Positions 10,196-18,488 of a stretch of 53,092 bases of DNA are shown in pieces. The stretch covers positions 1-53,092 of the forward strand of contig VGKQ01000005.1 in NCBI GenBank assembly GCA_016866995.1. Reading direction: 5' to 3'. Position 1 is the stretch's first letter, and each line of letters begins with the position of its first letter. The notes under the pieces are model-generated. The model saw only the letters and a program-made list of their open reading frames with translations, had not been told where the DNA came from and searched no databases. The DNA is from Candidatus Pacearchaeota archaeon (lineage in GTDB: Archaea > Nanobdellota > Nanobdellia > Pacearchaeales > GW2011-AR1). The translations under genes and the position numbers were made by a program.

Positions 10196-10862
10196 CATCA
10201 TCCTTCTCATTACTCCAATAAAATCCCTCTTTTCTGAGCATGCACGCAAGGCATTTCCCGCAGTGAATATTTTTTACATAGCACGAGTGAGTATTTTTAA
10301 AATTAACTCCAAGCTTTTTCCCAAGCAAAATAATGTCTTCCTTGTCCATACTTATCAATGGAGCAATAATTTTTCCCTTGAAATTTCCCAATTTTCCAAG
10401 CTTGTTCATTTCAAAAACAAATTCCTTTGTTGTGTCAGGATAGCTTTCTCTTCCCTCATTCTTAAACCCGAGAAAAATATCATAAATTTTTTTTTCTTTG
10501 ATAAACATTGACTCGGCAAGGGCAAGTGCATACACAATAAAAACAGTGTTCCTGCATGGCACATAATACTTCGTGCTTTCTTTTCTTGTATCTTTTAGCT
10601 CTTTCCTTCCAATTTTCTTGATTTTTCCGGGCTTATTTATCAAAGAACCTGAGATTTTTCCCAGCCATTTTAAATTAATTTCAAAAAATTCTGCCCCAAC
10701 CTTTCTTGCTGTTTTTCTTGAGCATTCTCTTTCTCTTTTCACTGATTTTTGATTATAATTAAAAAATAAAATTATAATTTTCCTGTATTTTTTCTTTTTA
10801 ACATAGTAAGCAGTTGTTACAGAATCTATTCCGCCAGAGCACAAAACAATTGCATTTTTCAT
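10179..10862 (-). CDS. queC: 7-cyano-7-deazaguanine (preQ0) synthase
   Basis: SGGIDS PP-loop, YYVPCRN, YPD, HSCY...HCGKCLACMLR zinc motif. Confidence 0.9.
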   Translation of the reverse strand: MKNAIVLCSGGIDSVTTAYYVKKKKYRKIIILFFNYNQKSVKRERECSRKTARKVGAEFFEINLKWLGKISGSLINKPGKIKKIGRKELKDTRKESTKYYVPCRNTVFIVYALALAESMFIKEKKIYDIFLGFKNEGRESYPDTTKEFVFEMNKLGKLGNFKGKIIAPLISMDKEDIILLGKKLGVNFKNTHSCYVKNIHCGKCLACMLRKEGFYWSNEKDDAIFSP

Positions 10863-10912
10863 ATATATTCTATTTTCACAATGTTTATAAGTTTATTTTT
10901 TCTAGTCAAGGC

Positions 10913-11107
10913 ATGAAGAAAAAAGCCAGCGAGTTAAGAAAAGGAGACAAAATTATTATAGGAAGCGAGATTCTTGTGATAGAAACAATAGAAGTGTCTG
11001 GAATAGGCAAACAAGGAGTTCAGAAATGCAGGATAGAAGCAAAAAAGCCAGATGGGGAAAAAATAGTTCTTGTACGTCCTTCTGATTATCCATTAGAAAT
11101 AAAATAA
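10913..11107 (+). CDS. 64-aa protein resembling only the N-terminal KOW/SH3 domain of aIF5A/EF-P
   Basis: ASELRKGDKIII...SGIGKQGVQKCRIEA...RP aligns by eye with aIF5A (l+.G..i.i...SKpGKHG.aKari.a); TATA-like TTTATAAG about 25 nt upstream of ATG 10913. Confidence 0.65.
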   Translation: MKKKASELRKGDKIIIGSEILVIETIEVSGIGKQGVQKCRIEAKKPDGEKIVLVRPSDYPLEIK

Positions 11108-11133
11108 TAAAATAATAAAATAATAAAATAAAA

Positions 11134-12033
11134 GTGATAGATATAATAATAACATCATATAACGAGCCCAAGTCAACTTTAAGAGCAGTAAATGCTTTTC
11201 TGAAGCAGAAAATTAAAAATTTTAGGATAACTGTTGTTGACCCTTTTCCAGAGGTTGAAAAATTTCTAAAAAAGAATATTAAAAGCAAAAATTTTATCTT
11301 TTTTCTAGACCCTGGAGAAGGAAAAAGCTATGCCCTCAATCTCCTATTTCAGGAATACTCTTCTGAAAATAAAGATGATATTTTTATCATGACAGACGGG
11401 GATGTTTATGTTTCTGACAATTCTGTTTCTGAAATCCTTAAAGCTTTTAAAGACAAGGAAATCGGATGTGTGACAGGAAAGCCGGTTTCTATCGACTCTA
11501 GAAATTCAAAGTATGGATTATGGGCGCAGACTGCTTTTGCAGGGATAGACAAGACGCGAAAAAGATTATCAAGAGAAAAAAAGTTTTTTGAATGTTCAGG
11601 ATACTTGTTTGCAATTCGCAAATCAGTAATTTTAGATTTTCCTCTCGAGACATCAGAAGACAGCATTATTCCTTTTTTATTCTGGAAAAAAGGATATAAA
11701 ATTTTCTATGCAGAAAAAGCAGAAGTTTATGTTAAAAATCCTGACAATTGGGGAGACTGGCTTGCTCAAAAAGTAAGAAATATCAAGGCTCACGAAAATC
11801 TTAATAAAATTGCCCCTGACATGCCCAGAACAAAATCATTTTGGAATGAAATTAAGGAAGGTGCTTTTTTTGCAATAAAGCAGCCAAGAAATTTCCGTGA
11901 GTTTATATGGACTCTTGAGCTATACTTTGCAAGATTATATCTTTATATGAAGGCTTTTCGAGAGTTGAGAAACAAGAAATATGCAGACGGGTGGAGAGAA
12001 ACCAAAATTGAGTCAACTAAGACTCTTGACTAG
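11134..12033 (+). CDS. GT2 glycosyltransferase
   Basis: IIITSYNEP, GKSYALN, MTDGD, SGYLFAIRK, SED, QKVR; GTG start. Confidence 0.85.
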   Translation: MIDIIITSYNEPKSTLRAVNAFLKQKIKNFRITVVDPFPEVEKFLKKNIKSKNFIFFLDPGEGKSYALNLLFQEYSSENKDDIFIMTDGDVYVSDNSVSEILKAFKDKEIGCVTGKPVSIDSRNSKYGLWAQTAFAGIDKTRKRLSREKKFFECSGYLFAIRKSVILDFPLETSEDSIIPFLFWKKGYKIFYAEKAEVYVKNPDNWGDWLAQKVRNIKAHENLNKIAPDMPRTKSFWNEIKEGAFFAIKQPRNFREFIWTLELYFARLYLYMKAFRELRNKKYADGWRETKIESTKTLD

Positions 12034-12060
12034 CTTATCTTTTAGCAATTTTTCAAAACT

Positions 12061-12795
12061 TTACTTTATTGATAATGTGGACCATAAAACTCTGAAATAG
12101 TTTTTATAACTCTCTGCTAGGTTCTTATCAATTATTCTTATTGCAAAAGGAAACTCTTTATACCAAAAAATTATAACAATTCTGTCTCCATAAATCCAAT
12201 TTGATGCAGGGGATTCGTAAGTTGCAGGCATATATCTCACACGAGTATATCTCATTCTTGAAAATTGTTCTCCTCTTTTTATGCCCTCTTCTGTTCTTAC
12301 ACACATAACATTTAATTTTATCCTCATTTTCTGCCTTTCTTTCTCAAAAGAATGTACTTTAAATCCTAATATTTCTGGCCCTTTTCCAGGAACATTAAAG
12401 GCAAACCATTCTTTTTTCTGTCTTAAGACATCATTTAATATAGTCTTTATCCCTTCTCTCCCCTCTAAAATCTCTACTACAGGCTTCTTCTCTTTGGGTT
12501 TATGGAGTTTTATGAGTTCTGGAAGAATAGATGAAAAATTTTTCTCCTTTTCCTTGAGTATGGAAAGAATTTTTATTGGTTCTATTGCTCTGTAATATCT
12601 TAGATTATTCTTCAAAATATAAGAAACCATTCCCTTTTTTTCAAGATCAGACATTATTGTATACAATAAACTACGATTAATGCCTGTTTTTTTAGCAATC
12701 TCTGAAACAAGAGAATCCCCCATTTCCAACAAGGCAAGATATACTTTTGTTTCTTTTTCATTTAATCCAATTTCTTTTAATTTTTCAATTTCCAT
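12061..12795 (-). CDS. trmB: TrmB-family transcriptional regulator
   Basis: LKEIGLNEKETKVYLALL...EIAKKTGINRS..Y..L..KG wHTH; EGREGIK; IYGDRI C-terminal domain. Confidence 0.88.
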   Translation of the reverse strand: MEIEKLKEIGLNEKETKVYLALLEMGDSLVSEIAKKTGINRSLLYTIMSDLEKKGMVSYILKNNLRYYRAIEPIKILSILKEKEKNFSSILPELIKLHKPKEKKPVVEILEGREGIKTILNDVLRQKKEWFAFNVPGKGPEILGFKVHSFEKERQKMRIKLNVMCVRTEEGIKRGEQFSRMRYTRVRYMPATYESPASNWIYGDRIVIIFWYKEFPFAIRIIDKNLAESYKNYFRVLWSTLSIK

Positions 12796-12826
12796 AACAA
12801 TTACAGACAATTCATGTTTTTAAATG

Positions 12827-12849
12827 TTGTTGTTAATTATAAACAACAA
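12827..12849. promoter_or_regulatory. Palindromic putative TrmB operator between divergent promoters
   Basis: TTGTTGTT-aattata-AACAACAA between a minus-strand TATA (about 12817-12824) and a plus-strand TTTATAGA (12853-12860). Confidence 0.55.
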
Positions 12850-12925
12850 AGATTTATAGAGCAACTATGTATGGATAATGTAGGGGTGATAGCACCTCAG
12901 AAGTTTAATTCTGAGTAAATTGAAA

Positions 12926-14425
12926 ATGAACAAAACAAAATTATTGTTAGTATATCCGGAAGTAGAATGTAGTGTGACTAGTGCACATACATATTCTTTG
13001 CCACTCGGATTAGGCGCAATAGCAACATATTGTAAGGAAAAATTCGGAGATTCATTAGATATAAAAATTTTAGATGGGTCCCTTTTAAATCATGAAGAAC
13101 AATTAAGAGAAACAAAAAGATTTTGCCCCAATATTACAGGAGTTAATCCTACAATAGCTAGTCAAAGAAAAGCATACGAGATTGCTAGGTTAGCAAAAGA
13201 TCTGGGTTCTTTTGTTGTTTTTGGCGGAGTTCATTCTAGTGCTACCTGGGATAATGGCAAGGAAGGAATGTGGATAAATATGCTTACAAACAGAGATTTT
13301 ATTGATGGGGTTGTTCTTCATGAAGGAGAAATTCCAATGTTTGTTATTATAAACAGACTAAGAGAAAGAGGTGTTTTGGAAGATACTTGTTTTGAAGGAA
13401 TTCCTAATTTTGCCTTCAAAGATAATGGCGGAAAAATTCATAAGCCTTCTTTAATACATGTACCTCATTTAAATAATTTACCAGATATAGACTACTCTTT
13501 ATTTGACTTAAAAAGATTCTTTGAACAAACAGAAAGCAGAGGATTTGGGAAAGCAGTCACTTATTATGCTGGAAAAGGATGTGCAAAAAGGGGCGGAAGA
13601 GATTTAAAGAGATTTTATACTTTTGATGAATATAATGCTCTTGTTGCAAGTATGGATATTTGTACTTTCTGCGGAAGAAATGAATTAGGATTCAGGAATA
13701 TGGAAGAAGATAGAGAGGCGAAAGTTTTAAGAGAGCTTCATGATAGATACGGCGCGAGGGGATTCTTTAATGTTCAAGACACTATAAATTTAGGGCATAC
13801 TTTTCCTCTCGGACTAAATGATTCTTGGTTTAGATTATTCATAGGAACAGAAAGCATAACTCCTGAGAATATAGCAAGATTAAAGCAGAGATATGGTCCA
13901 AATCTTATTTTCCAGGCAGGTGTTGAATCTGCAACTCCAGAGATGAGAAATGTTTTTGGAAAGACAGAAATAGATGCAGGAAGTCTAACACAAAGAGTAG
14001 AATTAATGAGGGATGAAGGAGTACAACTTCATGCAAGTTTTATTTTAGGAGGAAGAGGAGAAACCAAAGATTCTATGAGAAGAACAACAGAATCTGCAAG
14101 AAGATTAGCGGAGTACAATAATGTTACTTGGATTTTAATAAGCCCACAACTCATACTGCCTGGTTCTCCTGACTATAAAGCATTCTTGCAAATGCCTAAA
14201 ATGTATAGAAGATATGCCAAAGAAGATCTCATTGATATTCCTCGTATAAATCAAGATTTTTTGGGGCAGTTTAGTCCATCTCTAAGAAGAGGAGATGTTT
14301 TAGAAGAAATAAGACAAACCTTCGAGGATATTGGAACTGAAAGGAAAGATGTAATTCTAGATGTTAAAGGAGTTGTAGGAGATGAAGAGAGTTATATTAA
14401 ACCAAATAGACCCTATGCTAGTTAA
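12926..14425 (+). CDS. B12-binding-domain radical SAM protein with expanded cluster motif CX26CX2C
   Basis: LPLGLGAIA, VVFGGVHS, HEGE, YAGKGC-(26 aa)-CTFC, AGVES, FILGGRGE, LPGS. Confidence 0.8.
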   Translation: MNKTKLLLVYPEVECSVTSAHTYSLPLGLGAIATYCKEKFGDSLDIKILDGSLLNHEEQLRETKRFCPNITGVNPTIASQRKAYEIARLAKDLGSFVVFGGVHSSATWDNGKEGMWINMLTNRDFIDGVVLHEGEIPMFVIINRLRERGVLEDTCFEGIPNFAFKDNGGKIHKPSLIHVPHLNNLPDIDYSLFDLKRFFEQTESRGFGKAVTYYAGKGCAKRGGRDLKRFYTFDEYNALVASMDICTFCGRNELGFRNMEEDREAKVLRELHDRYGARGFFNVQDTINLGHTFPLGLNDSWFRLFIGTESITPENIARLKQRYGPNLIFQAGVESATPEMRNVFGKTEIDAGSLTQRVELMRDEGVQLHASFILGGRGETKDSMRRTTESARRLAEYNNVTWILISPQLILPGSPDYKAFLQMPKMYRRYAKEDLIDIPRINQDFLGQFSPSLRRGDVLEEIRQTFEDIGTERKDVILDVKGVVGDEESYIKPNRPYAS

Positions 14426-14428
14426 AAA

Positions 14429-14575
14429 ATGAACAACAATAAATTCACAATAACCAAGAAAATTGCAAAACATGGCAGACAAGCTGTAATCATAGTCCCA
14501 ACCATGCTACAGGACAAGCTTTCCCCTGGAAAGCTTGCAGAGATAACAATAGAAGTCTTACAAACTCTTGACTAA
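14429..14575 (+). CDS. 48-aa AbrB/DUF2080-like small DNA-binding protein (absent from the ORF track)
   Basis: MNNNKFTITKKIAKHGRQAVIIVPTMLQDKLSPGKLAEITIEVLQTLD; swapped-hairpin-type pattern; starts 3 nt after the rSAM stop. Confidence 0.65.
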   Translation: MNNNKFTITKKIAKHGRQAVIIVPTMLQDKLSPGKLAEITIEVLQTLD

Positions 14576-14980
14576 TTTTTTAATCTCGCTCTCAAGTTCA
14601 TTCAAGCTTGTTGTTATTTTTGTTGTTCCTGCAATAATTGCAGAAATTTCTTCTATGCTTTCTTCTGGCTTTCTGTCTGTTTTTATTGCTATAACCGGGA
14701 TTTTTTTTGAGTAAGCATATCCCATCTCCCATGCTGTTCCTGCCCCAACATTAAACCCATTCAGACTTGCAATTAAAAATTTGCAGTTTTTGAATCCTTT
14801 CAAGTCTCCTCTTGCAATTCTCTTAATATCTTTCATACTTTTCCATAAACCACAATCACGATGAGGCAGGAAAGTTTCTAATCCAAGTTTCTTGCATAAT
14901 TCATCAATTTTCTCAAGAAAATTCCTTTCTTCCTGAGTGCATAATGGCCCTGCAATATATACTCTGAATTTGTTATTCAT
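14558..14980 (-). CDS. Nucleoside 2-deoxyribosyltransferase / DNPH1-like N-glycosidase
   Basis: VYIAGPL, FLPHRD, DL, GTAWEMGYAY..KIPV. Confidence 0.88.
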   Translation of the reverse strand: MNNKFRVYIAGPLCTQEERNFLEKIDELCKKLGLETFLPHRDCGLWKSMKDIKRIARGDLKGFKNCKFLIASLNGFNVGAGTAWEMGYAYSKKIPVIAIKTDRKPEESIEEISAIIAGTTKITTSLNELESEIKKLVKSL

Positions 14981-15013
14981 AAGCTTTATAATTTAACATA
15001 GTTAATAAGTTTT

Positions 15014-16018
15014 ATGAAAATATTAATCATAAAATTAGGAGCAAAGGGCGATGTTGTTCGGACTCTCTGCATTCTTCCTGCCTTAAAGGAAAAATATCCT
15101 GATTCAGATATTTCTTGGATTACAAAAGAAAATACAGCTGGTTTTCTTCAAGATAATCCATACATCAAAAAAATTTTAACTCCAAATGAAGAAATAAACC
15201 AAAAACCTCTGGTTTTTGATATTTTAATTAATTTTGATATAGATGAAGAAGCCTGCCAGATGGCTGAAAAAATATCAGCAGAAAAAAAACTCGGCTTTTA
15301 TATGAAAGATAATTTTCCTGCTGCTTTTAATCTTGGCGCAGAATATTATCTTAACACTTTATTTGATGATGAGCTTAAAAAATCAAACAAAAAAACATAT
15401 CAGGAAATGATGTTTCAAGCTGCCGAACTGGAATGGAAAAAACAAAAATCAGAAATTTTCTTAAATAAAAAAGACAAAAAATACGCACAGGATTTTCTCA
15501 GGAATAATATGATAAAAGGAAAGATTATTGGAATTCATTTAGGAGCAAGCCCAAGATGGCCGTCAAAAGCATGGCATCCTTCTCAAGTTAAGGAATTTAT
15601 TATCAAATCAAGAAAAAAGGAGTATAATATACTGCTTTTCGGAGGCCCTGATGAAATAAACAGATACAGCAAATTTGCAGAAGAGCTTGGAAATGAAGGA
15701 ATAAAAATTTTTCTTAATAATCCTCAAAACTCAAACAAGGAATTCTCGTCTCTTGTAAATATATGTGATATGATGATATGTTCAGACTCCCTTGCTCTTC
15801 ATGTTGCTCTTGCTTTGAACAAGCCAGTTATAGGACTATTTTTCTGCACATCTCCTGATGAAATTGAAGATTATAATTTGCTGAAAAAATTAGTCTCTCC
15901 TATGCTTAAAGAATTTTTTCCTGAAAAATCAGACTTATATGATGAAAATCTTGTGAAAAGCATTTCTGCCTCCCAAGTATTCAATGAGGCAGAGAAGATA
16001 CTAAATAAAAATAAATAA
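15014..16018 (+). CDS. GT9 (heptosyltransferase-like) glycosyltransferase
   Basis: MKILIIKLGAKGDVV, GIHLGAS..WPSKAW, GGPDE, SDSLALHVALAL. Confidence 0.9.
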   Translation: MKILIIKLGAKGDVVRTLCILPALKEKYPDSDISWITKENTAGFLQDNPYIKKILTPNEEINQKPLVFDILINFDIDEEACQMAEKISAEKKLGFYMKDNFPAAFNLGAEYYLNTLFDDELKKSNKKTYQEMMFQAAELEWKKQKSEIFLNKKDKKYAQDFLRNNMIKGKIIGIHLGASPRWPSKAWHPSQVKEFIIKSRKKEYNILLFGGPDEINRYSKFAEELGNEGIKIFLNNPQNSNKEFSSLVNICDMMICSDSLALHVALALNKPVIGLFFCTSPDEIEDYNLLKKLVSPMLKEFFPEKSDLYDENLVKSISASQVFNEAEKILNKNK

Positions 16019-16019
16019 T

Positions 16020-16421
16020 ATGGAAAAAGTTGTTAACGGAATAATACTTGACAAGAATAAATTTCTTATAATTAAAAGAAAATCAGGATTGCATGCAGGA
16101 AAATGGGCATTTCCAGGAGGAATTTTGGAGAAAGGGGAAAGCGAGGAAGAAGCATTAATCCGCGAGATTAAAGAAGAAGTTAATCTTGATGTAAGAAAAA
16201 TAAAAGAAAAAATAGGCAAATATAATTACAAAAGAGGCAACAAGTTGGTAAAAGGAAATTCATATCTTGTTTTTGTTGATAATTTTAATGTAAAAATAAA
16301 TTCTGAAATTTCTGATTTCGAGTGGGTTTCAATAGAAGAGCTTGAAAAATTTGAGCTTGCTCCTGGAATTGAAGAAGAAGCCATGAAGGCTTTATATGAT
16401 AAAAAAATAAATAAGATATAA
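16020..16421 (+). CDS. NUDIX hydrolase
   Basis: WAFPGGILEKGESEEEALIREIKEEVNL Nudix box. Confidence 0.92.
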   Translation: MEKVVNGIILDKNKFLIIKRKSGLHAGKWAFPGGILEKGESEEEALIREIKEEVNLDVRKIKEKIGKYNYKRGNKLVKGNSYLVFVDNFNVKINSEISDFEWVSIEELEKFELAPGIEEEAMKALYDKKINKI

Positions 16422-16422
16422 A

Positions 16423-16899
16423 ATGGAAAAAATTAAATCAATTTCTGAACTTGCTGAAACAATTCAAGATTTAAAACAGCAAGGCAAAAAAATAGTATGG
16501 ACAAATGGTTGTTTTGATTTGCTTCATGAAGGGCATATTAAATACTTGAAAAAAGCCAAGGAGCAGGGTGATTTTCTTGTTATAGGCTTAAATTCAGATT
16601 TATCAGTAAAAAGGCTTAAAGGAAAGAACAGGCCGGTAATTTCCGAGAAAGCCAGGGCAGAAATTCTTGCGTCTCTTGAATGTGTTGATTTTATAATAAT
16701 TTTTGATGAAGATTCTCCTGCCAAATATTTAAGCATGCTCAAGCCAGATGTTTATGTTAAGGGAGGGGATTATACTATTGATACTATAAATCAAGATGAG
16801 AGAAGGATTATTGAAAATTATGGCGGAAAAATATTTATAACAGGATTAATTGCGGGAATTTCAACATCAAAAATAATAGAAAAAGTAAAAAGCCAATAA
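16423..16899 (+). CDS. rfaE2: RfaE domain II / HldC-like heptose-1-phosphate nucleotidyltransferase
   Basis: TNGCFDLLHEGH, GLNSD.SVKRLKG..RP, VKGGDY, GISTS. Confidence 0.88.
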   Translation: MEKIKSISELAETIQDLKQQGKKIVWTNGCFDLLHEGHIKYLKKAKEQGDFLVIGLNSDLSVKRLKGKNRPVISEKARAEILASLECVDFIIIFDEDSPAKYLSMLKPDVYVKGGDYTIDTINQDERRIIENYGGKIFITGLIAGISTSKIIEKVKSQ

Positions 16900-16944
16900 A
16901 AATACAAAGCAAAGTAATAAAAACTCATTAATTTTTAAAAAAAG

Positions 16945-18471
16945 ATGAACAAAGAAGAAGCAAAAGAGAAAATAAGAGCGTGGCTTAAAGACAGGCATAA
17001 TCTTGCATTTCTTGCAATTCTTTTATTTGCAGTAATACTCAGATTATATTTTTTCTCTCTTACTATAAACCAGCCATTATGGTGGGACGAGTCTGAATAC
17101 ATGCTAAAGGCAAAAAATATAGCCTTGGGAACTCCAGATACTGGCTGGACACAGCTCCGTCCTTTCTTATTTCCTTATTTCTCTTCAATATTTTTTTATT
17201 TTGGATTTGGCATTGGATTCATAAAATTTATTCTTATATTATTGTCAATAGCAAATATTATTCTAGTTTATGTAGTAGGAAAAAACTTGTTCAGCAAGAA
17301 AGCAGCATTAATCGCAACCTTTCTTTTTTCTGTTTTTTATCTTGACTTGTTCTGGGGAAACAGAATTGGAACAAATTCTCCTGAATTATTTTTCGGCTTG
17401 CTTATTTTCTTCTTTTTTCTTCAATACTGGAAGCATGGAAAAGAAAACTATCTTATTCTTATTTTCCCGCTTACAGCAGTAGGTTATCTTCTGAGATTTA
17501 CCTCTCTTCTTTATCTTCTTATTATAATCTTATTTTTGCTGATTGTAAAAAGAAAAGAAGCATTCAAAATCAAGAAACTAAATTACTCTCTGCTTATTTT
17601 TGTTATTATTGCAATTCCTGTCTTTATTTTTGCTTTTTTAAGCGGAACAAATTTATTTTTGAATCTGCAAAATGCACTGCAGGGAACAACATTATACCGA
17701 GGATTTAGTACAGCAATTCCTGTCACTTTCAAGTATATGAATCTTGTTTTCTTCAGTCTTCAAGGCAAGCCATTCACAGGAATATTTTACTTGTTAAATT
17801 TTCTCTTGTTTGCTCTCTTTATAATTGGCTTGCTTTCATTTTACAAACTTTTTTTAATGCTTGATGATGTATTTTCAGGAGGAAAAAAATACTCAAATTA
17901 CTTGTTAATTTTAATATGGCTGATTATAGCTTTATTATTTTACGGCTCTGTAATTGATATTTTTGATGATAGGTATTTTCTTATGGCGTTTCCAGCAATC
18001 TTTCTTGTTATAGGGTTGGGAGCAGAGAGCATATTTAACATTATAAAAAAATCCAGCAAGTATCTTTCAATTATAGTTATAGTTGCAGTTCTGTTGCTAG
18101 GAGGATATTCTCTTATTTCTCATTCTGATGAAATAGTAAAATTCAAGTTAAATACATATGACAGCCTGAAAACAGCCGGCTTGTGGATAAAAGATAATTC
18201 ATCTCCTGGAGATTTTATAATCAGCTCTGCAGTCCCTCAACTAACTTATTATTCTGAAAGAAGCACTTTTCATTTTAATTCAACTCAACAAGAATTCTAT
18301 AACTTCATTCAAGAAAAAAAGCCAAAATATGTAATTTTAACAGCCTGGGAAAAATCTCCGGATTGGGTTTATAAATGGTATCAAAATAATTCTGATATCG
18401 AGCTAGTTAATGCGTTTGCTTCAAAAGACACAGCACAGCCAACAACAATAATTTACAAATTAAAAATTTAA
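16945..18471 (+). CDS. GT-C fold multi-TM glycosyltransferase (ArnT/PMT-like)
   Basis: PLWWDESEY, RP, DRYF, AGLWIK soluble C-terminal domain. Confidence 0.85.
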   Translation: MNKEEAKEKIRAWLKDRHNLAFLAILLFAVILRLYFFSLTINQPLWWDESEYMLKAKNIALGTPDTGWTQLRPFLFPYFSSIFFYFGFGIGFIKFILILLSIANIILVYVVGKNLFSKKAALIATFLFSVFYLDLFWGNRIGTNSPELFFGLLIFFFFLQYWKHGKENYLILIFPLTAVGYLLRFTSLLYLLIIILFLLIVKRKEAFKIKKLNYSLLIFVIIAIPVFIFAFLSGTNLFLNLQNALQGTTLYRGFSTAIPVTFKYMNLVFFSLQGKPFTGIFYLLNFLLFALFIIGLLSFYKLFLMLDDVFSGGKKYSNYLLILIWLIIALLFYGSVIDIFDDRYFLMAFPAIFLVIGLGAESIFNIIKKSSKYLSIIVIVAVLLLGGYSLISHSDEIVKFKLNTYDSLKTAGLWIKDNSSPGDFIISSAVPQLTYYSERSTFHFNSTQQEFYNFIQEKKPKYVILTAWEKSPDWVYKWYQNNSDIELVNAFASKDTAQPTTIIYKLKI

Positions 18472-18488
18472 GATAAAAAATCAAAAAA

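Noticed and set aside
11101-11133. AAAATAAT short tandem repeat
   Set aside because: Low-complexity AT-rich spacer, no evidence of function
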